A stretch of 64,000 bases of DNA, from IMG/VR virus record IMGVR_UViG_3300034190_003093, positions 62,001 to 126,000 of that record; one strand, written 5' to 3'. This document shows, piece after piece, positions 29,391 to 39,955 of this stretch. Source of the DNA: an uncultured virus (IMG/VR IMGVR_UViG_3300034190_003093). Lineage: Duplodnaviria > Heunggongvirae > Uroviricota > Caudoviricetes. Below the pieces are notes generated by a model, which did no database searches, was not told where the DNA came from, and saw only the letters and a program-made list of their open reading frames with translations. Every line of letters starts with the position of its first letter. The stretch's first letter is position 1. A program made the position numbers and the translations under genes.

Positions 29391-29837
29391 ATGAATAAAA
29401 CTATTGCTAGACCAGTTGTTGCTGGTAAATTTTGGATTGTTAAAGATCAAGATCACAAAGTTGGAAGTGTAGAAAAAGCCCAAGGTGGTTATATACTGCG
29501 CACAAACAGTGGTGTTACAAACTATAAAACCATCAAATCACTTCGTGATATTACAAAGATTTCGTTTGAGGATGAGCAAGAGAAAGTTGTTAATCCCGAA
29601 AACCAAATCAACGGATACGAAACTGATGCAAAACCATACAATGCTGTTTATAATGTAAACACTCGTTTGCCTATCTATACCAAAGAACCTAAATCAAAAA
29701 GCTGGTATGCTGCTGGCTGGTACGAAATTATTGTCAACGGCAAAGCTACTATCGAGTTTTGTCCTAAACTTATTTTGCTTGAACGTTATCCTTATCGCGG
29801 TCCTGCAACAGATGAAGACGGATTTACTTACAAGTGA
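29391..29837 (+). CDS. Hypothetical protein
   Basis: AAGGA RBS; compact operon. Confidence 0.6.
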   Translation: MNKTIARPVVAGKFWIVKDQDHKVGSVEKAQGGYILRTNSGVTNYKTIKSLRDITKISFEDEQEKVVNPENQINGYETDAKPYNAVYNVNTRLPIYTKEPKSKSWYAAGWYEIIVNGKATIEFCPKLILLERYPYRGPATDEDGFTYK

Positions 29838-30037
29838 GTGGACTTTACATACGAAAATTTATTGATCGTGTGCAAACATGCGATGCTAAAGGAGTCAATG
29901 ACTTTGTCTGGCCACTTAGTGATGCAAAAAACTTACACGGAGACATTACTAAACTATTGTTAGATATTGAATTATTACAGCAAAATGCTAACAATCAAGA
30001 AGTAGTGCAAGTTGAAGTAAGCGGCGGAGATTGGTAG
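29834..30037 (+). CDS. Hypothetical protein
   Basis: GTGA overlap with upstream stop. Confidence 0.55.
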   Translation: MSGLYIRKFIDRVQTCDAKGVNDFVWPLSDAKNLHGDITKLLLDIELLQQNANNQEVVQVEVSGGDW

Positions 30038-30103
30038 TTAACTAAGCCGTTAACCTAGTTATCTACGCAGTTATCATAAATATAACTGTGGAGATAACAA
30101 ATC

Positions 30104-30400
30104 ATGAGCAGACCTAAACCTACTATATTAGCTGAGATCACCGATAAAGCTACCTACAAGACTGAACAAGTTCTTGGTAGTGAAGGTATTTGGGCAGTAT
30201 ACTACAACAAGTCACCGATCAATTTGAAAACATCAAACATGTTAGTACAATACCCTGGTCCTAAGTACAAGAAAGTCAGCTTTGCTAACCCAGGGCATGC
30301 TATTAGCCTAGCTAAAAAATTAAACATACAATTTAAAACAGATAAATTTAGTGTGGTAATGCTCACTAAGGGTGAAGTTGTTTACAGTGAAGAGAAATAA
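30104..30400 (+). CDS. Hypothetical late protein
   Basis: ATAAATA promoter near 30075; GGAG RBS. Confidence 0.6.
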   Translation: MSRPKPTILAEITDKATYKTEQVLGSEGIWAVYYNKSPINLKTSNMLVQYPGPKYKKVSFANPGHAISLAKKLNIQFKTDKFSVVMLTKGEVVYSEEK

Positions 30401-30752
30401 AGAAGAATTAACACATCTTCTTTTGGACTTGCACGGAGATTCTGCTAGCGGGCATGAATACAAGTCAGCTTTTAATAGCTGGTGGTACAACACTCGAGAC
30501 TCAGGCGGACTTAGATTAACTGCTACTGGCTTTCACATAATGAAAAAATTAAAATTTCAGCACTGGGATTTTGAGTTGCCCGAAGACTGGAACCGACATA
30601 ACAAGCGAGTCATATTAGGACTAGATCGCAAAATAAAATGGCCTTACTACTACGGTAAACATCGTATAAGTTTTTTTAATAGCCAAGATGCTATGATGGT
30701 TAACTTAACCGGTGATATTGAAAAATGGCTTACTAATAGTTTTGGTCCATAA
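30372..30752 (+). CDS. Hypothetical protein
   Basis: ORF coupled to upstream gene. Confidence 0.5.
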   Translation: MKLFTVKRNKEELTHLLLDLHGDSASGHEYKSAFNSWWYNTRDSGGLRLTATGFHIMKKLKFQHWDFELPEDWNRHNKRVILGLDRKIKWPYYYGKHRISFFNSQDAMMVNLTGDIEKWLTNSFGP

Positions 30753-31743
30753 TTTTGTATATCTGTTTTTGTGCACGTTGCTCGATGCTTTTTGTATAAT
30801 CATTCATTAAAAAATCAAAATTGCGTTCAGTTTTTTCAATTGCTACACTAGTATCCCAGTCTGGATCTTGCAGCATTGGCAAGTTTAACTCTATAGCCGC
30901 ATCCAATCTATGTGTTGCATCCAGTGTGTCGTAACTTAAATCTAATAGATCATCAAAATTTTCAAACCCTCGTTCAGCGATTTCTCGATGTATGTTCATG
31001 TGTCCTATGCACATAAACGGATGTTTAGCAGCAATGGCTAATAATGTTTTTTCGGTGATAATGCCAGGGCCGTCCGAATATATTGTTTCACTCACAATAC
31101 TAGCTTTGGCTTGTTGATACAATGGCATTAGGTTAATAAAGTTGTTGGTGTTGTTCCAGTCGTATTTCACATACAAAGCAAACGGCGCCGGGCACTTATG
31201 CCCGTGTGTGGCGTATACAGTTGGTTCATTCCGCAATAGGTCAAACAGTTTATTTCTATGCGGCTTTGGTTGCCCGTTTAAACAAATAAAATTATACTTG
31301 AAGTCTTTATTGTGTACATCCTTCCATTCGTTCCATCTTTCTTTGAGCTGATTGACTAGTTCATAACTATGACTTGGAAATTCAACAAATTGTATATTTC
31401 CTTCATAGTAGTCAGTTAGGCTGTGATCCCAATGTACGACTATAATTTTACGCTGTTGCTCGTATGTGTAATGTTTTTCAATCCACAGCAACTCGGGGCA
31501 AGATGTGTTATTGTGCCAGTTTACAAAGTCCTGTGCATGCAATATCAAACGAAAATTTGGTTGCTTCCATTTCTCTTCTGGCACTTCGGGTAGTTGCACA
31601 GTCCACATACCTCCAACGATTGGCCGCTGAAGTATTGAATATGCAATTATAGGATCAATTCCAGCACCGCGAAGTAGTGTTAGCAGTTTCTTGTTAAAAT
31701 TTGGTCCAGCGAACGAATCTGGAATATATGTACTCATTGACAT
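30733..31743 (-). CDS. GT-B-like protein of the TEK(T/S) paralogue family
   Basis: ICLNG..K.HR, IVSET, ITEKT, GF..F, SYD. Confidence 0.6.
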   Translation of the reverse strand: MSMSTYIPDSFAGPNFNKKLLTLLRGAGIDPIIAYSILQRPIVGGMWTVQLPEVPEEKWKQPNFRLILHAQDFVNWHNNTSCPELLWIEKHYTYEQQRKIIVVHWDHSLTDYYEGNIQFVEFPSHSYELVNQLKERWNEWKDVHNKDFKYNFICLNGQPKPHRNKLFDLLRNEPTVYATHGHKCPAPFALYVKYDWNNTNNFINLMPLYQQAKASIVSETIYSDGPGIITEKTLLAIAAKHPFMCIGHMNIHREIAERGFENFDDLLDLSYDTLDATHRLDAAIELNLPMLQDPDWDTSVAIEKTERNFDFLMNDYTKSIEQRAQKQIYKIMDQNY

Positions 31744-31765
31744 GTGCTTTTACCTGTGTTATACT
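31737..31765 (+). promoter_or_regulatory. Sigma70-type early promoter
   Basis: TTGACA-17nt-TATACT; overlaps start of the minus-strand gene. Confidence 0.7.
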
Positions 31766-31829
31766 ATAGTTATTGCTTGTAACAAAAGTAGAAAAAATAA
31801 GGTGTATTACACATTGGATAAATATTTTC

Positions 31830-31910
31830 ATGCAGCAAACAACATGTCCAGAATGTAGATCAGAACTAGACACTAACGACTTTTGTCCGGAATGTAGAGT
31901 AAGAAGATAA
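31830..31910 (+). CDS. 26-aa double-CPEC zinc-ribbon microprotein (not in ORF track)
   Basis: MQQTTCPECRSELDTNDFCPECRVRR*. Confidence 0.5.
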   Translation: MQQTTCPECRSELDTNDFCPECRVRR

Positions 31911-31915
31911 CTAAT

Positions 31916-31991
31916 GCCCCAATAGCTCAGCTGGTAGAGCAACTGATTTGTAATCAGTAGGTCGGGAGTTCGAGTCTCTCTTGGGGCACCA
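31916..31991 (+). tRNA. tRNA-Thr(TGT)
   Basis: Full cloverleaf, GTTCGA T-loop, encoded CCA. Confidence 0.95.
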
Positions 31992-32025
31992 TAACACAAA
32001 TATGCGATTAGCGGTAAATAGAAAT

Positions 32026-33579
32026 ATGAATAAAGATATTGTGTTAGTAATACCGCCGAGAATCGTTGACGATTTTGGGTATACTCCAGCAGGAGCAGCA
32101 TTGCTAAAGGGAAGTTTATCTGCACACGGATTTAGTAGTATTATCTTTGACCTTAATGCCGAAATTGATCAGCAGTTTCATAATCACGAACTACATAACG
32201 CCATTGACAACTTCTTTTTTTATCACACATTCTATAATAATAAAACATGGAAATTATTAGCTCCTGTTATCGAATCGTGGGCCGAAAAAATTGTTAATCA
32301 AAATCCAACATGGGTTGGTATGAGTGTGTTTAGTTATAATAGTCAACGAGCAACTCGCTTACTATCTGTTGCAATTAAAAAGCTCAACCCTGCTATTAAA
32401 ATTGTAATCGGAGGCGGCGGAATTGCTACAGATTTTAAATTTGCAGAGTCTCTGCACGAAAATCGTATCATTGACGCATATATACGGGGCGAAGGAGAAC
32501 TTGCATTAGTCGAGTTACTTAAAGGAAACATTGATTATCCTGGAATTAATGGCAAGCCTCCTCAGCAAATCGTAGATGTTGATAGTTTAGCTTTTCCCAA
32601 TTATGACGACTACGAACTAAAAACCTACACTAATTCCAAAGGGTTGGAAGCATTGCCGATTACTGGCAGTAGAGGATGTGTAAGAAAATGCACATTTTGT
32701 GATGTTGCAAGTATGTGGCCAAAGTTTTACTATCGCAGTGGCAAAAATATTGCTGACGAAATGCGTCAACAAGTTGAAGCATATGGTGCAACTGCATTTA
32801 GATTTACAGATAGTCTAATTAATGGTAGTATGAAAGCATTTAGGGAAATGACTCTAGAGTTAGCTGAATACAGAAAAACACTACCAGAAGAAAAAAAGTT
32901 TATATGGGACACCCATTTTATTGTACGTGGGCCAAAACAGATGCCACCCGAAGACTTTGATGTCATGAAGGCAGCTGGCGCGGGTACAATGTTAGTTGGA
33001 ATCGAAAGCGGTTCTCCGGCAGTGAGAGAACACATGAAAAAGGGATATAGCGAAGAAGATCTTAACTACAGCATTTCCCAACTAGATAGAGTAGGGATCA
33101 AAGTACGTATGTTAATGATTGTAGGGTATCCTACAGAGACCATAGAAGATTTTGATTTAACAAAAGAGATGTTTACTCGATACAAGCCATATCTAGATAA
33201 CGGCACAATCGAAGAAGTAAATTTAGGACTTACACTGAATCTATTAAAACGCACTCCATTATATGATGATAGAGAAAAATATAACCTAGTGCAGGACAAT
33301 GATCATGTTAATGATTGGGTTTGTGTTGATAATCCGACATTAACATACAAGGAACGATTGAAGAGAAGGATTATCCTACAATCACATGTTGAAGAATTGG
33401 GGTATCCAGTTTTCGAAGCAGCAAACTATACAAAGCAATTGCTGAGTAGCTGGAACGAAGTTCAGCTACTAACAGATAATACTGGAACTATGATTAACAA
33501 TGTAAAGTTTGATCGAGAACAGAACAGTTTATCAGCTGATATCATTGAACCATGGGCACATTCAAAGCAAAATTTTTAA
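32026..33579 (+). CDS. B12-binding radical SAM enzyme
   Basis: N-terminal B12 domain (GMS, VIGG, GEGE); SRGCVRKCTFC; GIESGS; G.P.ET. Confidence 0.9.
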   Translation: MNKDIVLVIPPRIVDDFGYTPAGAALLKGSLSAHGFSSIIFDLNAEIDQQFHNHELHNAIDNFFFYHTFYNNKTWKLLAPVIESWAEKIVNQNPTWVGMSVFSYNSQRATRLLSVAIKKLNPAIKIVIGGGGIATDFKFAESLHENRIIDAYIRGEGELALVELLKGNIDYPGINGKPPQQIVDVDSLAFPNYDDYELKTYTNSKGLEALPITGSRGCVRKCTFCDVASMWPKFYYRSGKNIADEMRQQVEAYGATAFRFTDSLINGSMKAFREMTLELAEYRKTLPEEKKFIWDTHFIVRGPKQMPPEDFDVMKAAGAGTMLVGIESGSPAVREHMKKGYSEEDLNYSISQLDRVGIKVRMLMIVGYPTETIEDFDLTKEMFTRYKPYLDNGTIEEVNLGLTLNLLKRTPLYDDREKYNLVQDNDHVNDWVCVDNPTLTYKERLKRRIILQSHVEELGYPVFEAANYTKQLLSSWNEVQLLTDNTGTMINNVKFDREQNSLSADIIEPWAHSKQNF

Positions 33580-33597
33580 AAAACAGGCTAGCACATA

Positions 33598-34191
33598 ATG
33601 GAAATAAAGATTAAGCTCCGTGGCAACTGTGCCAATGGAAAATCACCTAAGGTGAGACTATCTGTCAACGATACAGTATATGTTGATACTGAAATTTCTG
33701 AGATTAATGAACACACGTTAAACATTCAACCATTGTTGCAAAATGTATTGTCCATTGAACACTATAACAAAACCAACGACGATACCATTGTTGACGATAG
33801 TAATAATATTGTAGCTGATTTAAGTGTCGAACTACTAGATATAACAATAGATAATAATTCAATACTGCACACAGTGCTGCACACAATGCCGTTTTATGTT
33901 AACTGGCCTGAGAATATTGTTAGTGACTACCACGAAAAAAATGAAACCCCGCCTGAGTTCATTATTAACAACCTTTATTTTGGATTCAATGGTATATACA
34001 AGTTTAATTTTACAGACAACAGCGATATTGATTATTTTACCACGTTTTGGTTAGATGAAGCTCAGGCACATGTTAATCAAACAGAGACCGCAGATGGCGA
34101 AGAAGTGTTTGAACGAATGGGCGAAATAGTGACTATCGCCAAAGATAGTGATTTTACTATTCACGATTTAAAAAGAATGGTTGACGTATAG
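33598..34191 (+). CDS. Beta-rich hypothetical protein (paralogue family)
   Basis: PKVRLSVND...LYFGFNGIYKF. Confidence 0.6.
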   Translation: MEIKIKLRGNCANGKSPKVRLSVNDTVYVDTEISEINEHTLNIQPLLQNVLSIEHYNKTNDDTIVDDSNNIVADLSVELLDITIDNNSILHTVLHTMPFYVNWPENIVSDYHEKNETPPEFIINNLYFGFNGIYKFNFTDNSDIDYFTTFWLDEAQAHVNQTETADGEEVFERMGEIVTIAKDSDFTIHDLKRMVDV

Positions 34192-34234
34192 CAACTATCA
34201 GTGTTATTATATGTTTAACAAAACAGAGAGTCTG

Positions 34235-35761
34235 ATGAAAATATTTTCTATAGCAGTAAATCACCACGATCACAATACATACAACGGTCTGGTTCATAAC
34301 CAAATAGAACGGCACACCAGAGTAAAGCATAATCTTAATCCGGATTTCTTGCGTGACCCTGTGCCCTGTAGGGATTTTTTCGACGACCATTTCTTGCCTA
34401 ACTATAATAAAGAGCAAGTATTTGCATTTACTATTTCTAATTTAGGACATGAATATGTTGAAGACTTAGTAGAAGAGACCTTACCGGACACAGATTTTTT
34501 AAAGTTTAAGCCAAACAATCTATGGGATAGATTACACACAGATAGTTATTACTATATCGACCATCACCAAAGTCATGCTGCTTATGCATTTCTAAATTCA
34601 GGCTTTAAAGAAAGTGATGTACTAGCGATTGACGACAAGGGTTATAATTTTAATTGTATCTTTATTAATAAACACGGTACAATCACCGACTTGACCAAGG
34701 AACTGTCAATTGGCGGGTGTTGGAACACATTAGCACAGAATCTTGGATTTGAATTCCTCCAAGCCGGCAAGGTTATGGGCTTGGTAGGATTTGGAAAATA
34801 TAACGATGAAGTTTACACAATGATTCATCGTTATTTAGAAAATCCCAATCAACGACTCCCTGACGGTGCACATGATATTATACAGCGTGTTGCTAAAGAG
34901 GATGTAGCATTTACGCTACAACAAGTTACATTTGAACTTGTTACAAAACACGTATATCCTCTTAAAACATCAGACAATTTATGCATTGCAGGCGGAGTTG
35001 CATACAACGGTTATATGAATGAAGAGTTTACAAAGCATTACACAAATGTACATGTGCCGCCGGCTCCTGGTGACGAAGGCCAGGCATTAGGCGTTTACAT
35101 GCATGCTGATTACATTTTAAATGGTAACACACATATTCCTACAGTGTATGCAGGAGAAGACTACATTGTAGATACTGCTATATTCAACGGATTGTACTAT
35201 CAACAAAAATCAATGGAAGAAGTATACACTGAAGTTGCCGCTGCTATTGCCGATGGTGCAATAGTTGGATGGTATCAGGGTGCTAGCGAAAGCGGGCACA
35301 GAGCGTTAGGCAATCGGAGTATACTTGCAGATCCACGCAAGCCAGATATTAAAGATATTATCAACAGTAAAATTAAACTGCGTGAAGACTTCAGACCATT
35401 TGCGCCAAGTGTATTGTATGAACATTATCAAGATTATTTTGATACCAACCAGCCTAGTCCGTACATGAGCCGTATCATGCCAGTTACAAGTAATACTATT
35501 CCTGGTGTAACACATGTAGACGGCACAGCACGTATACAGACTGTACAGCGCGAGTTTAATTCTTGCTACTACGACTTAATAAATGCATTCTATACCCTAA
35601 CGGGAGTTCCTATGTTGCTCAACACCAGCTTCAACTGCCAGGAGCCTATTGTAGAAACACCCGAGGATGCAGTTGCCACATTTAAGAAATGCGGTCTTGA
35701 TGTATTAATAATTAACAATTATGTAATCAGGAAAGAAGATGGCAAAAAAGTACATATTTGA
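34235..35761 (+). CDS. NodU/CmcH-family carbamoyltransferase
   Basis: HHQSHA, GKVMGL, GGVAYN, PGDEG, RALGNRS, RPFAP, HVDGTAR, NTSFN. Confidence 0.92.
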   Translation: MKIFSIAVNHHDHNTYNGLVHNQIERHTRVKHNLNPDFLRDPVPCRDFFDDHFLPNYNKEQVFAFTISNLGHEYVEDLVEETLPDTDFLKFKPNNLWDRLHTDSYYYIDHHQSHAAYAFLNSGFKESDVLAIDDKGYNFNCIFINKHGTITDLTKELSIGGCWNTLAQNLGFEFLQAGKVMGLVGFGKYNDEVYTMIHRYLENPNQRLPDGAHDIIQRVAKEDVAFTLQQVTFELVTKHVYPLKTSDNLCIAGGVAYNGYMNEEFTKHYTNVHVPPAPGDEGQALGVYMHADYILNGNTHIPTVYAGEDYIVDTAIFNGLYYQQKSMEEVYTEVAAAIADGAIVGWYQGASESGHRALGNRSILADPRKPDIKDIINSKIKLREDFRPFAPSVLYEHYQDYFDTNQPSPYMSRIMPVTSNTIPGVTHVDGTARIQTVQREFNSCYYDLINAFYTLTGVPMLLNTSFNCQEPIVETPEDAVATFKKCGLDVLIINNYVIRKEDGKKVHI

Positions 35762-36455
35762 TGTAGACGGTACACTTACTGATAGCAGGCAGCACATGGA
35801 CAAACAATTTGCTGTGTGGTTTAGCAAGTTTTGTGAAAACAATCTTGTGTATCTTGTCACTGGGAGCGACAAACCTAAAACTGTCGAACAAATTGGCGAG
35901 TACATTTACCACAAATGTCAGCGTGTTTACCAATGTTCTGGTAGTGATGTGTGGCAAGGCGATAAAAATGTTCGTACTAGTAATTGGAGGTTACCCGATC
36001 TTGCCAGGTATTTCTTAGACAGTTGTGAGTACGAAAGTAAATTTCCAGTACGCACTGGCAATCACATCGAAGAACGATCTGGTATGGTAAACTTTAGTGT
36101 AGTAGGTCGTAACGCTAGTTTAACCGAACGTGCATTATACGTTACATGGGATAAAGCACAACGTGAACGTGCTAGGATTGTTAAATCATTTAACTTAATG
36201 TTTCCAGAGTTACTTGCTACATCGGGTGGGGAAACAGGATTAGATATTGCACCAAAAGGCAATAACAAAAGTCAGATATTAGTTGATTTTGCCGACACTG
36301 ACGAACTACATTTTTTTGGTGATGCGATTTTCTCCGGCGGCAATGACGCCCCTTTAGCAGATGCAATAGCTGAACAAAACAGAGGCAAATCATACAAAGT
36401 TGCTGACTGGAACGACACTTTTAGAATTTTAACCGAACAAGTAGATACAGTATAA
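35739..36455 (+). CDS. HAD-IIB phosphomannomutase-like enzyme
   Basis: FDVDGTL, VTGSD, EER..MVNFS, FFGD...GGND. Confidence 0.85.
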   Translation: MAKKYIFDVDGTLTDSRQHMDKQFAVWFSKFCENNLVYLVTGSDKPKTVEQIGEYIYHKCQRVYQCSGSDVWQGDKNVRTSNWRLPDLARYFLDSCEYESKFPVRTGNHIEERSGMVNFSVVGRNASLTERALYVTWDKAQRERARIVKSFNLMFPELLATSGGETGLDIAPKGNNKSQILVDFADTDELHFFGDAIFSGGNDAPLADAIAEQNRGKSYKVADWNDTFRILTEQVDTV

Positions 36456-36467
36456 CTAATACTACAA

Positions 36468-36542
36468 GCGGGTGTAGCTCAGTGGTAGAGCTCTTCGTTG
36501 CCAACGAAGTTGTCGTGAGTTCGAATCTCATCACCCGCTCCA
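36468..36542 (+). tRNA. tRNA-Gly(GCC)
   Basis: Cloverleaf, anticodon loop TTGCCAA, CCA. Confidence 0.95.
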
Positions 36543-36567
36543 ACACATGTGCAGGACGAAGAACGAT

Positions 36568-37107
36568 ATGAATAACCGATCATTGATTTTTTCACATAGC
36601 ATACCAATCGAAGTATATCATGAGAACACAGATGTTTTAATCAAAGTAAGCATTAATGATTCAGTGATGTTTGAAAAAGTATACTCGCCAGGCGTGGTGC
36701 ACAGCGAAACAATAAGATTTTACAACGAGTATGTTGAGTCTGAGCAAAACACAATCTGTTTTGAATTTTCAGGAAATGTAGAAGCACAGCACAAATATTT
36801 AAAAATAAATTCAATTTTGATCAACAATGCTTGGTTGAATTTTTATAATGCAGATTATAGACCTATACTAAACCAAGAATGGTGGAATGAGTTAACCGAA
36901 GACGAGCAGGAACATTATTTAGATATTATATATGGCATCAATGGAAATACGTTTGGATGGTTTGGTCAAATAATTTTTAAATTTGCAGCAGGATACGATT
37001 GGAAAAGTAAATTTGACAAAGAATCACCTATATCAAAAATACTTAGCAGCAAAGAAGACTGGGTATTCCTTGACGAGAATGCAAACAACCCTTGGGAAAA
37101 AAGATGA
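36568..37107 (+). CDS. Beta-rich hypothetical protein (paralogue family)
   Basis: IKVSIND...TFGWFGQIIF. Confidence 0.55.
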   Translation: MNNRSLIFSHSIPIEVYHENTDVLIKVSINDSVMFEKVYSPGVVHSETIRFYNEYVESEQNTICFEFSGNVEAQHKYLKINSILINNAWLNFYNADYRPILNQEWWNELTEDEQEHYLDIIYGINGNTFGWFGQIIFKFAAGYDWKSKFDKESPISKILSSKEDWVFLDENANNPWEKR

Positions 37108-38120
37108 CAATAAACTCGTTTAATACATTTGACACAGTTAAAGAAATAATGTTAGGTGATGTTGATCACAATGTGATAGATTTTTGCGATGCTGCACAAC
37201 GCCCAAGACTTACTCATATTTTTAACAAAACAAAAAAAGAACTCAATCAGATACAAAAAATCCTTGAATCAAGGAATATTAAAGTTCATCGCCCGGTTAG
37301 TATTAACAACACACAAGTTTGCACTCCTTATTGGGATAGCATGGGAACAAAAATACCATTAACCCCGAGAGATGTGTTTTTAGTTATGGGCAACGACATT
37401 ATTGAGTCAGCTAGTTGGCAAAAAGAAAGAACGTTTGAAACTTACTACTGGAGAGATTTGCTAATTGAAAAACTCCAAAGCGGCGCACGTTGGCTTAACA
37501 TGCCGTTGCCCAGACATGATTACAAAAACATAGAAGTTGACTATGACGACATTGTAGTAGAACAAGATCCGATATTAGACGGTGCTGCAATTTTAAGGTA
37601 CGGAAAAGACATATTTGTTAGCGGGTGCGGAAGCCATAATGAACTAGGGCGCCAATGGCTACAAGCAATGTACCCAGACTATCGATATCATCAGTTGGAT
37701 AAAAATGTTTTTAGTGGGCATTTGGATAGTCATTTGTCTATACTGAGACCAGGGCTGTTGCTCACTTATCATAGCAAAGAAAGCTTGCCAGAATACTTTA
37801 GAAATTGGGATATCATTCATGTTAATCCCGATCATGATAAATCGTTGAGTCTACCTCAGACTTTAGTAGACGATAAAATTCAAGACGATGACTTTGCTAA
37901 CACGGTTCTAGCAGTTAATACATTAAGCCTTGACACTAACACTGTTATGATGTACAGCCATTACAAAAACAATCAATACCTACTAGATCAGTTTAACAAG
38001 TATCAAATTGAAGTAATTTTTGTTGATTTTACATATTCTCATTTTTTCAACCAAGGCATGACCTGCCTAACAAATGAGTTGAATAGAGACACTGATGGGT
38101 GTATCGATTATTTAGGTTGA
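37104..38120 (+). CDS. Amidinotransferase-family enzyme
   Basis: F..VKEIMLG, TPRD, DGA, GHLDS, GMTC catalytic set. Confidence 0.8.
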   Translation: MTINSFNTFDTVKEIMLGDVDHNVIDFCDAAQRPRLTHIFNKTKKELNQIQKILESRNIKVHRPVSINNTQVCTPYWDSMGTKIPLTPRDVFLVMGNDIIESASWQKERTFETYYWRDLLIEKLQSGARWLNMPLPRHDYKNIEVDYDDIVVEQDPILDGAAILRYGKDIFVSGCGSHNELGRQWLQAMYPDYRYHQLDKNVFSGHLDSHLSILRPGLLLTYHSKESLPEYFRNWDIIHVNPDHDKSLSLPQTLVDDKIQDDDFANTVLAVNTLSLDTNTVMMYSHYKNNQYLLDQFNKYQIEVIFVDFTYSHFFNQGMTCLTNELNRDTDGCIDYLG

Positions 38121-38145
38121 CAACAGTAACACTATATCATATACT
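38117..38145 (+). promoter_or_regulatory. Sigma70-type early promoter for tRNA-Arg
   Basis: TTGACA-17nt-TATACT. Confidence 0.75.
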
Positions 38146-38158
38146 ATTATTATAACAT

Positions 38159-38235
38159 GGTCTCTTAGCTCAGCTGGATAGAGCAAGTGCCTTCTAAGCA
38201 CTAGGTCGCAGGTTCGAATCCTGCAGAGATCGCCA
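38159..38235 (+). tRNA. tRNA-Arg(TCT)
   Basis: Cloverleaf, anticodon loop CTTCTAA, CCA. Confidence 0.95.
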
Positions 38236-38254
38236 ATTTAGGACGCAAGTAAAA

Positions 38255-38485
38255 ATGTTCACAGTCGAAGAAGAGTTTGACGAAACCGTTGTTACAGTAC
38301 TGGACTCACAAGGTGAGTTTCAAGATGTAAAAATGTATTTTGGAGAGGAATCAGTGTTAATTACACAAGCCATTAATGACGATGATGTGTGGGTATCAGT
38401 GATTGAAATGTCGGACAGGCAGTGGGAAAAATTAATACTTGCATATAGTAGCACCGAAGGAACATATAAAACAATTCCGGAATAA
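38255..38485 (+). CDS. Small acidic hypothetical protein
   Basis: AGGA RBS. Confidence 0.55.
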   Translation: MFTVEEEFDETVVTVLDSQGEFQDVKMYFGEESVLITQAINDDDVWVSVIEMSDRQWEKLILAYSSTEGTYKTIPE

Positions 38486-38557
38486 GTTATGTATTGTAGA
38501 GTTTTTTTAACCGAGCAGGATTGACACTATAAGTAGATAGTATATAATGTAATACAT

Positions 38558-38641
<84 letters not shown>

Positions 38642-38807
38642 ATAGTGTAGCGACTTAATACGCTCGTATAAGCCCACGGTTAGCTTACACATATAGGGTT
38701 TTGTTCCTCTTGTAAAACAATTGAGCAAATGGTGCCCAGAGTGTCCTGAGCAAGACACAAAACTGCTATCCTTTACTAATAGGATTAATGCACAGCGGGA
38801 GTTAATT

Positions 38808-39230
38808 ATGAAGGTTGAATTAGAATTTATAGGATCAGTTGCTGGCGGCGATCCTAAAATCAGCGTTTCTAATAGACACAACAACACTACAGAATATGAT
38901 TCAGTACAAGACGGAAAGTTTACAGTAACAACTGAGATTGATTTTTCGCCAATTGATCAATTGAGAATACAATTTTTTGACAAAGTACACATACCCGATT
39001 CTGAAAAAGACACATTTGTGGAACTTGTAAAAGTAGTAATAGACGACATAAATCTACAACATCATTTTTACAAAGGAAAGTACTTTCCTTGCTATGATGA
39101 AAATTTTTATAGAGAATTTTTGCCACCTGATTACTATCAGCCTTGCAGCGTGTTTTATCACAATGGTACATTTGAATTAGATATCAAAACACCAATTTGG
39201 AAGTTTTTAATGGACGGTTACGATGCATAA
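38808..39230 (+). CDS. Beta-rich hypothetical protein (paralogue family)
   Basis: GGGAG RBS; DPKISVSN...FYHNGTFEL. Confidence 0.55.
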   Translation: MKVELEFIGSVAGGDPKISVSNRHNNTTEYDSVQDGKFTVTTEIDFSPIDQLRIQFFDKVHIPDSEKDTFVELVKVVIDDINLQHHFYKGKYFPCYDENFYREFLPPDYYQPCSVFYHNGTFELDIKTPIWKFLMDGYDA

Positions 39231-39945
39231 ATTCCCTAAACTAATCGAAGAACTAAGCAATAATAACCAGTTTGATCTTGACCATTATCTAGACAGCGGA
39301 GTACCTTGGACCAAGTTAAACATTGATGTCCCGGAGTTTGATCAAAATGTATTTGACCAAGCAGTAGAACAAAGCACCAACTGGAGACAGCAATGGCTGT
39401 TTACCAATGACAACGAACACATTGAGGTTGACTATCAAATCAAAGAATGGAACGGTCAAGTTTTGTTTGGCCCGGCAGACTGGGATGCATGGGTAAAATT
39501 TGCAGCAGACAAACAGAAAGCAAATGACGAAGACCGGCTGTGTATGTTACACCGCAATGACTTTAAATTTGAATGGCGACTAAATGTTGATCACCCTATT
39601 AGACAGTTTGTTGAGAAGCTTTTTCCAAACCCCCAGGATATCAACATTGTTAACTTTTATGTGTTGCCGCCAGGCGGATATCTTTTCCCTCACGTTGATC
39701 CTACCCAGGGTGCCCGTGCATTAAATAAAATTTACATTCCTCTAAAATGGAGTGAAGGCAATGAATTTGGTTTTTATAAATGGGGAAATCTTCCAATTGT
39801 TGAACGCAATGCATACTTGATTAATAACTATAGATATGCCCATTGGGTATTAAACAGAAGCAACGAGCCTAGAGTGGTATTAGATATTGGTGCTAACTTG
39901 CACACTATTAAAGATCTAATCGAGGACAGTTTTAAACAGGCATAA
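39223..39945 (+). CDS. Asp/Asn beta-hydroxylase-like 2OG-Fe(II) oxygenase
   Basis: LPPGG.L.PHVD, H.V.N.S..PR. Confidence 0.75.
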   Translation: MHKFPKLIEELSNNNQFDLDHYLDSGVPWTKLNIDVPEFDQNVFDQAVEQSTNWRQQWLFTNDNEHIEVDYQIKEWNGQVLFGPADWDAWVKFAADKQKANDEDRLCMLHRNDFKFEWRLNVDHPIRQFVEKLFPNPQDINIVNFYVLPPGGYLFPHVDPTQGARALNKIYIPLKWSEGNEFGFYKWGNLPIVERNAYLINNYRYAHWVLNRSNEPRVVLDIGANLHTIKDLIEDSFKQA

Positions 39946-39955
39946 TTTATTTAAT

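Noticed and set aside
31694..32125. 143-aa minus-strand ORF
   Set aside because: Antisense to tRNA-Thr and promoters; no coding signals
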